Below, piece by piece: positions 54,075-64,000 of a stretch of DNA of 64,000 nt; positions within the stretch are counted from its first letter, which is position 1; each line of letters opens with the position of its first letter. This DNA comes from Octopus sinensis (taxonomy: Eukaryota): positions 9,486,001 through 9,550,000 of the forward strand of contig NC_043001.1 in NCBI RefSeq assembly GCF_006345805.1. The letters are read 5' to 3'. The position numbers and the translations under genes are program-made. Below the pieces are notes generated by a model, which ran no database searches, was not told the DNA's origin, and saw only the letters and a program-made list of their open reading frames with translations.

Positions 54075-54434
54075 TAACCACCCATGCTATACCAGCGAAC
54101 CTAATCCTGCTGCTCTTTAGTTCGTTCTGGAAAGAAGGATCTACGATCTTAACATGGAGTCGATTTGCTCTGCAACACGAAACAGATTTTCTTTAAATCT
54201 ACGCGAATAATTATTGATGCCTAAAACATTTAAGAGGATGAATAACAAATTGTTACAAGTTCATTGGCGAAGTTAAGGATATATTTGGGTCACAGACTGA
54301 TATATTATTAAGACAAAAATCTTGCGCGAAAACTGATATATCGAATCTAAATGTGTTCTTCGTATGCACGGGATTTTAAAATATTTAGCGAGATTAAAAA
54401 TAGAAAAGATTGGCAGTGGCTTTATTTTTATTAT

Positions 54435-54474
<40 letters not shown>

Positions 54475-54696
54475 GTATGTATGCATATCTATAATATATG
54501 TATATGCATATAATATATACATATAGATATATATATATATAATAATATATATATATATATAATATATATATATATATACATATATATATACGCGTATATA
54601 TATATATGTGTTTGCATATATATGTATGTTATATGTATATATATGCATACGTATATATGTATATGTATATATATAGATATACATACATACATATAT

Positions 54697-54737
<41 letters not shown>

Positions 54738-54810
54738 TATGTATATATATATATATATATAATATATATATAGAGAGAGAGAGAAGAGAGAAGAAGATAG
54801 ATAGATAGAT

Positions 54811-54850
<40 letters not shown>

Positions 54851-55673
54851 GAGATAGATAGAAAGAATGTAGACTCATAGATTCTCAATTGTGTTGTTCA
54901 GTAATATAGAGTGACTATTTGTGATTTAAAGAGTATTTGGAAGAAAATATCACCGAGAAAAATAATGAAGAGAAAAAGATTAAAAAAAAAAAAACAAGAA
55001 TTGCAAAGAAACCCAACAAAATGAAACGTAATAAAACAAGAAAAGATGGAAGTCACCATCATTAACAAAAGTTATCATATGAACCATTCTTTCGTTATCT
55101 GGATATTCTATGAATATTTTAGAGAAAATTTCCGGTTCTAAAGTTAAACAGCAACATATTAAATTAGTGAGTAACGATAAAACTAGTCTTTTGATTTCCC
55201 AAGAAAGGAAATATATTCACTCTGGTTAAAACCAAGACTATGAAATCAATTTTTGAGATTACAGTTAAAAAGAAAGATGATAAAAGAGATTTCAGAGATG
55301 AGACGTTCGATGGCAATATGTTATTAAGACTAAGCGACACTTGCTGACAACCAAGAAGAAACTGAGTAATACATTTTCGAACGCGTTATGGATTAAGAGA
55401 TCAAATTATAAGATTAAGAACTGTAAAGCTGTAAAAAGCATAATAACCATTAGAAGTGTAACAGGTCCAGATACATAATAACGCTACGTTGTATAATAAC
55501 TATTAAAAGTATTTTAATCATAAGAAGCATTATATCCATTAAAAGAAGAATAATCATTCCTATATTACAGATCGATGATATTCATAGTATTGCATTGATC
55601 AAACGATTTCGTGTAGATGCATCCGTCTTTCAAGGTACCAGAGGAGAGATGCAACTATGTGTGCACATATGTG

Positions 55674-55706
<33 letters not shown>

Positions 55707-56299
55707 TATATATATATTATATATATATATTATATATATTATATATATGTATTACATACACAGACATATGCATCCATATATATAATATATATGTGTGTGT
55801 GTATGTGTGTATGTGGTTATATGCGGGGTGTATTCATGTGCAGCAGACGAAGAATTATTTTCCTTCTTCGAGGAGTTATGCGTCTGGATATTGAATAAGT
55901 TCTATTGAAGATTGGTCGATATCAGTTTGACAATTCCTTGTTGGGTGCAGAATTTCAAACAGAAAAGTATCTGGATAAAATCAGTAAAAGAATATATACA
56001 TATTGTGTGTGTATATATGTATATATATGTATATATATATATATACATACATACATACACTCACACTTGAAGAACATATATATGTATATGCTTTAAGAAT
56101 ACACACACACATATATATATATATATATGTACACTTTGAGAATGTATCTATATATATACACGCACACTTTAAGAATGTATATCCGTATATATTTTAAGAA
56201 TATATATATATATATTTATATATATATATATATACATATATACACACACTTTGAGAATGTATCTATATATATACACTTTAAGAATATATATATTTACAA

Positions 56300-56333
<34 letters not shown>

Positions 56334-56984
56334 TCCCACACGCACATTCAAATACAATTTGTAAGCGGTACAGTAAAAATATGCAAGACTTTTCACAAGT
56401 TCAAATTGTGACATCGTTGTTGTTATCTACATTCCAATGATCAAGCTTTGTATTAATTATAGAAATAGCTCCTTTTCCCTACAGGAAGACCTCAAATAAT
56501 TAAAAACAGAAAAGGACAGAAAATAGGAACGACAACTTGGAAAGCTTTGGTTTGCTATCCCTTTGCGCATTTCGTCTAAGAGGGGCAATTAGACATTTAG
56601 TCTTGGTGAAAACAACCAGCCCTGAAAATGGAAATTATTTTTTTAGAAAAAGCTGATGTCATCAGCATTTCCTGAAAATGAGATAGGGTCATTCAGAAGC
56701 CTTCGCCTCTGAGAATAATTCTTCTCTGTGAGTATTCTAACAGCTTAACAAAAGGTTGTTGTCATCCGTCGAAATGACGAGAGAGTAGTATTGTGTGTGT
56801 GTTCGTGTGTGTGTGTGTGTGTGAGCTCGTGCCTCTGTGTGTGTGCGTGCGTGTGCGTGTGTATGTGAGTGTGTATATTGATAGATACATACATACATAC
56901 ATACATACATAAATAGATAGACAGAGAGAGACAGATATGCATACTAGGTATGTATACATGAGTAAGCACATAAAGGCAAAATAT

Positions 56985-57109
56985 GGTGGAAAAAACAGTA
57001 CTCGAATACCGGAGGTAGAGCAATATACCTTTTTTTATTTAACCTACAAGAACATCACAAAAAATGCTGCTCAGAATTTCACGTTCCCGATCGTCGGGTA
57101 GTTCTGATC

Positions 57110-57110
<1 letters not shown>
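56985..57110 (-). mobile_element. pLTR-like module with decayed hammerhead-like motif
   Basis: CCGACGA-ucg(ggaa)cgu-GAAA-UUCUGA-GCA then AATAAA; abuts (TA)n. Confidence 0.4.
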
Positions 57111-57187
<77 letters not shown>

Positions 57188-57259
57188 ATACATATATATA
57201 TATATGTATATATATATTATATACATAAACATATATATACATATAGATCAATAAATGGT

Positions 57260-57394
57260 GGGGTTGTTTCAGCTCAGAGCTATGGCTATGTTGATGCACC
57301 GCGGTTTTGCTACACTGTTATTACTAAGAGCCTCCTCTAATATGTGGCACTTGGTGAAGCATGGAGTTTGATATAGCTACCCTCATTTGCACCT

Positions 57395-57395
<1 letters not shown>
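57260..57395 (-). mobile_element. LINE 3' UTR fragment (same family as 42310-42425)
   Basis: ggtgcaaatgag..tcaaactcc..taataacagtgtagcaa..ctgagctgaaac shared. Confidence 0.75.
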
Positions 57396-57474
<79 letters not shown>

Positions 57475-57487
57475 CATATATATATAT

Positions 57488-57519
<32 letters not shown>

Positions 57520-58291
57520 TGATATATATATATATATATATATATATTATGTGTGGTGTGTGTGGTATATAGGATACATATAGTACATTTTGTGACGTTT
57601 TGGGGGACTTTAATGAAAGAGTATTTTACTCTGTCTTAGGTATTCGAATACTATGGTTCCTCCTATTTTTTCGCCTATGTGCTCACTTGTGTGGGTATGT
57701 GTGAGAGGGAGAGAGAGGAGAGAGAGAGAGAGAGAGAGAGAAAGTGAAAAGGAGAAGGACCGCCCTCTATATTTTGGTCTCGGTCTAATTCTTCAAGTAG
57801 TTGTTGCTCCAGACACTTTTGGACGATCCGCAGAATGCACTGTCTGGCTTGCCCAGTCTGTTCTCCTCTATCAGCACCACTTATTGTTCCATCAGCGCTG
57901 ACTTCACATCACCCCCTGCATCCACTGTAGTGATAAACGTTGAGATCCCACAGCTGACGAAGGTCGCCCATATCAAAAGCAAACTTTACAGAAAACGTAG
58001 CTACGCCGAGTGGCACAAGCCACCTGGACGGCGAATCAACGACTTTCTCAGATCACACTGTACGGCAAACTCTCTTCTGGTCACCGTGATAGAAGACCAC
58101 CTCAGAAGATGTACAAAGACTACCTTAAGAAATCACTTGGTGCCGACCACACTGATCGCCATCAGTGATCTGTTCTTGCCGCCGGCCGTGTAACCTGGCA
58201 TTTCACCGTCCCCGAGCAACAGTCTACGTTGAAGACAAACAAGAAGACACCAACCAGCCCGGATCAGCCTACTTTCCCATGCAGCCTCTGT

Positions 58292-58357
58292 GATAGTGCC
58301 CGTTTCGTCGCGAATCCGACTCGTCAGACATCAGCAAGCCTGCAATAGACGTGAACA
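58292..58357 (-). ncRNA. Hammerhead-like motif (type III or type I fold)
   Basis: CUGACGA-GUCG(gauucg)CGAC-GAAAC; upstream GUC with 6/8 helix III pairs; helix I imperfect. Confidence 0.5.
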
Positions 58358-58537
58358 AACTCCTAAGTAAATCTTCGTTGGCGAAGTCGAGCCAAGAAAA
58401 TAAGCTAATGTCCGTTGTATGGTGTCTATAGGAATACAGAGTGCTCCATAACACAGGAGACATAGATAATGTTTTTTCTATTATGTCAACTAAAAATAAA
58501 ATTATTATTTTATATATATATGTATGTATGTATATAT

Positions 58538-58637
58538 NNNNNNNNNNNNNNNNNNNNNNNNNNNNNNNNNNNNNNNNNNNNNNNNNNNNNNNNNNNNNNN
58601 NNNNNNNNNNNNNNNNNNNNNNNNNNNNNNNNNNNNN
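58538..58637. other. Assembly gap (100 N)
   Basis: Run of n. Confidence 1.
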
Positions 58638-58867
58638 TGCATATATACTACATGCATACAAACATATATATATATGTATACGTGTACATATATACATGTA
58701 CATACATGTACAAATACAAAATATGCATGTATGGATATGTATACATATATATAAAAACCGACTCACACACAGACATACAGACACACACATAGATACACGC
58801 ACACATATGAATATATGCCATACCTCTACCCATCTACATACATACATATATATATATACATACACAT

Positions 58868-58910
<43 letters not shown>

Positions 58911-59804
58911 TACATAATATATAGTATGTATTTATGTACGTATATATTATACCTTTATATATATATATAATATTATATTATATATATATTATATATATAT
59001 ATATACAAGCGTATAGTGAGATTGTTATTATTATTCTGGAATTTAATAATGCATTTAATAATGTCTTTATAAATAGAATCACATTTATATTTCAAAAGTT
59101 AAAGAAATAAAAATAAATACAAATAAAAAAACCAACAAATGTATACTAAAACCGCTTAAAATTTCTACACTTTATGAAATGGAATGGAATAGCTTATAGC
59201 TGCTGGTATAAAACGAAAAATTGGCGAAGTCTGCTTCTTGGAGAGAATCATCTTTATGTTGTTGTAACAATTCTTTATGAACAATTGAATGGAACTAACT
59301 TTCTGGTTATTGTACCATTCTTATTATAATTCTTCAGGAAGTGTGTCTGAATATTAGCTTTAGTGCCGTTGTTGTTGTAGTTGTTATTGGTGGTGATGGT
59401 GGTGTTTTTTTTTTGTTGTTGTTGCTACTATTTTGAACTGTGTCTCTACAATGAATATGTCGGGTATATTTGAGTTGTATGTGTGTGTGCGTATGTGTTT
59501 GTGTTTGTGTGTGTGTGTGTGTGTGTGTTTTTGTTTTGTATGTGTCTGCGAGTGAAAGGTGTCTGCGCGCGAGAGGCGAGTATGCATATTCGTATATATC
59601 TACAAAACATGGCATACATAATACTATACTATATATAAATATCTATATATATCTATGTGTATACCTGCTATGTATATATATATATCTGTGTGTGTATATA
59701 TATATAATATATATATATATATAGATATGTATATGTGTGTATATATATGTATATATATATATATAGATATATATATATATATATATGTATATGTGTGTAT
59801 AATA

Positions 59805-59840
<36 letters not shown>

Positions 59841-59914
59841 CTATATATATATAGATATATATATATTATTATATACATACATATATATATGTATACACAT
59901 ATACTAATATACAC

Positions 59915-60137
59915 ATGCTGGCGTATTTAAAGGGTTCCTGGCTTTGGGCAAAATAAAATACAGGAGGATCAGTTAATTATGATTTTATTCAACACGAGCC
60001 CTTCTCAGATTCGAACACGAAAATTGTTGCTGCAGTTTTTCAGTATTTCTGGGGCCTATAAAAGAACTCAGAAGGTTGAGACTCCAGGCAGGCCTTTCGC
60101 GATACCCTTAAAGCCAGGAACTTTCCAGCACCCTCTG
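59915..60137 (-). mobile_element. Mariner-derived MITE (same family as 26120-26333)
   Basis: gttcctggcttt ... aaagccaggaactttccagcaccc. Confidence 0.72.
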
Positions 60138-60184
60138 GTGTGTGTGTGTGTGGATGTGTGTGTGTGTGTGTGTGTGTGGATGTG

Positions 60185-60216
<32 letters not shown>

Positions 60217-60288
60217 GATGTGTGTGTGTGTGTGGATGTGTGTGTTGTGTGTGTGTGTGTGTGTGTGATGTGTGTGTGTGTGTGTGTG

Positions 60289-60319
<31 letters not shown>

Positions 60320-60325
<6 letters not shown>

Positions 60326-60520
60326 GCCTCCAACGGCTTGATAGCTGATATCTTTTTTGTATCCCCCGTAACTTAGCGATTCGTCAAATTTCTCCACCTC
60401 AATAGGTATCCGGCTCAAAATAAAATTTAAGCTCTGGAGTTTTTTGTCAGGATAAATCCTTCAAGGTGGTACCCTAGCATGGCCGATGTGCAATGTCGAA
60501 ACAAGTAAAGGATAAAGGAA
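60320..60520 (+). mobile_element. SINE family B 3' half (degenerate)
   Basis: ccgtaacttagcg..ggtggtaccctagcatggcc..gaaacaagtaaa. Confidence 0.7.
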
Positions 60521-61354
60521 AAAAGGAAGGACGTTCAAAGTGACGGTCACGGGTGGAACAGTTTCATTAAACGTCTGTTAGATTTGAATTGACTTAAATC
60601 TAAAGCAGCAATGGACACAGCATCAACTACTACAACCACTACTACCACCATCACCACCATCACCACCACCACCACCACCACCACTACCACCAAAAATTTG
60701 CATTACATGTTAACATGTGAAATTAACTACAAAAAGGAAGATGCCTATTTACATGTAAATGGTAAGAGCCACCGAGGGTTAAATCGATGTTTGAAGCAAT
60801 TAAAAAAAATTGCCAAAATAAAGAAACGATTTATTTTCTGAACATAAATTCTGCTCTTTTAAATTTGGCGATTGAATATAACAGCGAAGTTACTGCCACG
60901 TTCCTGCTTATTTATTAATATATTAATATATGCATGAATAAATTACTGTATTTTATTAGTGTATTCAGAAAGAGAAGCATCTGGTTATTTTCTTCATTCT
61001 TTTTCCACCGTTTAAATCCAAGCAAAATCTTACCGCTGTGGTGACATGAATTACAATTTATGGTTATATTGGTATAAACATAATAAAGAATTCTCCGATT
61101 AGCTCACACGACAACACATTGTTCCTGAATTATAATGAAGTTAAAAGACATGCTGTGATCTCCATACTTACATTAAATTAACGAGACAGCGTAGGAAAAT
61201 TGCAAGGCCAGCCGTCACTCGCGAGCGTGGATGGCTTGCTAATATGTACCATATTTTCATCAACTGTTTTTGGAACCTGTTTAATCGCAAGTGTCATAAA
61301 AACACCGGCTTGCCTTCCTCAACCTTGACCCCGTGAAGTATCCAGGATGCGACA

Positions 61355-61675
61355 GCTGCCACTCCGTCAGTTATGACGATAACTGTTCCAGCTGATCCGA
61401 TCAACGGGACAGCCTGTGCATGAAATTCACGTGTAAGTGGCTAAGCAGTCCACGAATATGATTGCCCTTAACGTAGTTCTCTGTGAGGTTGAGCATGACA
61501 CAGAATTTCACAAGGCTAACCTTTTAATACACAAGTACAACTCATTTTTATCAGCCGAGCGCACTAGAGCAGCTGGAAATAAGTTGTCTTTCTCAAGGAC
61601 ACAACGCCATGAGCGATCGAACTCACGATGTTGCGATCGTGAGCCGTATTGACTAACCACTAAGCCACGCGCCTT
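61355..61675 (-). mobile_element. SINE family D head with C-type tail
   Basis: Same structure as 19720-20026. Confidence 0.78.
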
Positions 61676-61894
61676 TACCGATGTGACGGCAAGAAAGAGA
61701 GGGGAATGTAACGGCAATACTCTGTTGTTCATTCCCGATGCACATAGGTATGTATTATCTTGCTGAGGGACACACCTGGTCCAGGTATAGTAAGCACGTC
61801 TTTATGATCACGATCCGAACTATCTAATCACTAGACCATGATCCTTCGAATGGAGGCTGGCAGCTTTTCTGCACAATAAAAATAACATTCACAA

Positions 61895-62440
61895 CGCCCT
61901 CTACTTTAGGCACAAGGACAGCAACTTCGGTCCCAGTAATCAGCTGGTACTTAATTTATCGACCTCGAAAGGATGAAAGGCAAAGTCGACCTCGGCGAAA
62001 TTTGAACTCAGAACATAAAGACAGACGAAATACCTATTTCTTTACTACCCACAAGGGGCTAAACACAGAGGGGACAAACAAGGGCAGACAAACGGATTAA
62101 GTCGATTACATCGACCCCAGTGCGTAACTGGTACTTAATTAATCGACCCCGAATGGATGAAAGGCAAAGTCGACCTCGGCGGAATTTGAACTCACAACGT
62201 AACGGCAGATTTCTTTACTACCCACAAGGGGCAGATTTCTTTACTACCCACAAGGGGCTAAACACAGAGAGGACAAACAAGGACAGACAAACGGATTAAG
62301 TCGATTTTACCGACCCCAGTGAATAACTGGTACTTATTAAATCGACCCCGAGAGGATGAAAGGCAAAGTCGACCTCGGCAGACGAAATACCGCTAAGCAT
62401 TTCGCCCGGCGTGCTAACGATTCTGCCAACTCGCTGCCTT
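61895..62440 (-). mobile_element. SINE family A multimer (three body units)
   Basis: Repeated body units, junction at ~62027-62040, one head. Confidence 0.88.
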
Positions 62441-62455
62441 ATAATAATAATAGTA

Positions 62456-62515
<60 letters not shown>

Positions 62516-62917
62516 TTTTAAAAAGGATTGACGTAACTCTTCACAAAGGTAAACAGTCAAGACGAAGAGTACGATTCGATTGTAAGATATCTTATTAGTT
62601 GAACGATATTTCAAAAGTACGTCTGTCTTTGTCAAGTTCAAATTAAGAAGTGATAAAAATTCAAAATTACAGAAATTTAAGCGTAAATTATGAACGAGAG
62701 CAACCAGCGTCCACACTTTGATGGATTGACGTCATCAGTTTTTAAGTTACAATTTTATAACAGGAGAAAAGCAAAAGACAGAAAAAAAACCAAAGAAGAC
62801 GACAGAGAAAGAAGAATATTTAATCAAACAGTTTTGTATAAATACCGCTAAACATATCATCTGGCGTGCTAACGATTCTGCTCGCTCGCCGACTTCCAAA
62901 CAGTTATAATAATAATG

Positions 62918-62949
<32 letters not shown>

Positions 62950-62954
<5 letters not shown>

Positions 62955-63585
62955 GAGCACTTAGAGAACGCAAACCTCCGCCAGGGCAACACCAACATCT
63001 TCTCAACAATTAACGAGAGATGATTTTTAAAATGAGAATATTTGAAATAAAATTGACTGTTCTCACAAACGAGAATACTAAGGTGAAACCGACCGCTCTC
63101 AAACGGAAGAATAATCCAAATATATATATATATATATATAAAATATACATATTGAGTGAGAGATGAAGGGTGAGGAGATGAAATACTAATACAGTGAAGG
63201 AGAAAGGAAAGGGTGATAGATGAATAATGAAGGAAGGAGACAAAAACCGATATACGGCGTTTGAAGTGTTAGTAAAAGACAGCTATTTTTGCGTGTGAGT
63301 GTGTGTGTGTATGTGTGTAGGTGTATATGTAAACTATATGAAATTTTACATACACATGTAAAAAAAAATATAGGAAACATAATCCAGAATCCTTGTCCAG
63401 TACGGGATCGATCACAAAACCCACTCATTTCGTGCCAGTCACGACGCCAAACAGCCCTGAATGTTTCATCAGAATCCAACCAGCAGTTCTTGAGATATCT
63501 TTCCACGGACAAACAAACAAACAAAGAAACAAATAAACAAACACAACTGAAAACAATACCTCCGCCTTAGCGAAGGCGGGGTTAA
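62950..63585 (-). mobile_element. Helentron-associated HINE (DINE-1-like) element within (TAA)n
   Basis: Hairpin acctccgcctt-agcg-aaggcggggt, (TTTG)n microsatellite, matching subterminal cctccgcc at ~62975. Confidence 0.65.
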
Positions 63586-63912
63586 TAATAATAATAATAA
63601 TAAAAAGATTACTATAACTTACTTGAGGCATTGCAATGTGTCAGTAATATAAATAACTTTTTTAAAAACCTTTCAGCAATGCAGGTGAGATATTAGACAA
63701 AATATCTAAGATGTTGCCGATAATTGTATTTTCCTTTTTTCTTTTTTTTTCTTTTTTGGCATCCTATATTTCATAAATGGAAATTTTCGCGAAATATAAT
63801 TGAAGCGTTAAACAACCTATATAAAGTGATATAGTATCTGTTTTATCTATTGGCATCACCTTATTTTGGTTTCGTTGCATTGCATAGAGGACTTCCTTAA
63901 AATATTTACACC

Positions 63913-63944
<32 letters not shown>

Positions 63945-64000
63945 CAGGCAGTGGCTGTCATGGCTTGTCAACTGACTGAAGCTGTTATCATCTACATGTT

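Noticed and set aside
57801-58193. 130-aa ORF in the GC-richer island
   Set aside because: Starts at TTG; no recognisable domain or splice support
218-63961. Hundreds of short ORFs (YI, CV, HT, poly-I/L/N/Y repeats)
   Set aside because: Translations of microsatellites and SINEs; no protein-like complexity

Overview
Eukaryotic, extremely microsatellite- and transposon-rich DNA with no confidently identifiable host gene. The SINE families and (TA)n/(CA)n density resemble an octopod cephalopod genome (from recall, not a database result). Almost all ORF-track entries are translations of simple repeats. The only long intact coding region is a 5'-truncated Penelope-like element (RT + Cys-rich linker + GIY-YIG, Neptune type) at 42468-43988. 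Other mobile elements are decayed LINE fragments (R4/Dong-like RLE, CR1/L2, RTE), at least four tRNA-derived SINE families, non-autonomous Helitrons, a Helentron-type HINE, Tc1/mariner/pogo MITEs and a hAT transposase relic. The main hidden signal is a dispersed set of minimal type I hammerhead ribozyme motifs with palindromic helix III, read by eye. Two have fully intact cores (24257-24297 and 29331-29397, both minus strand) and about eight are partly decayed. They lie in short, mutually unrelated non-coding modules beside (TA)n tracts and in the 3' end of the Penelope element, which suggests a diverse TA-associated Penelope pLTR/retrozyme-like system. Also notable: head-to-tail multimeric SINEs flanked by single TSDs, a SINE/LINE shared 3' tail, long fold-back insertions and a pre-miRNA-like hairpin. 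Coordinates of degenerate repeats are approximate.
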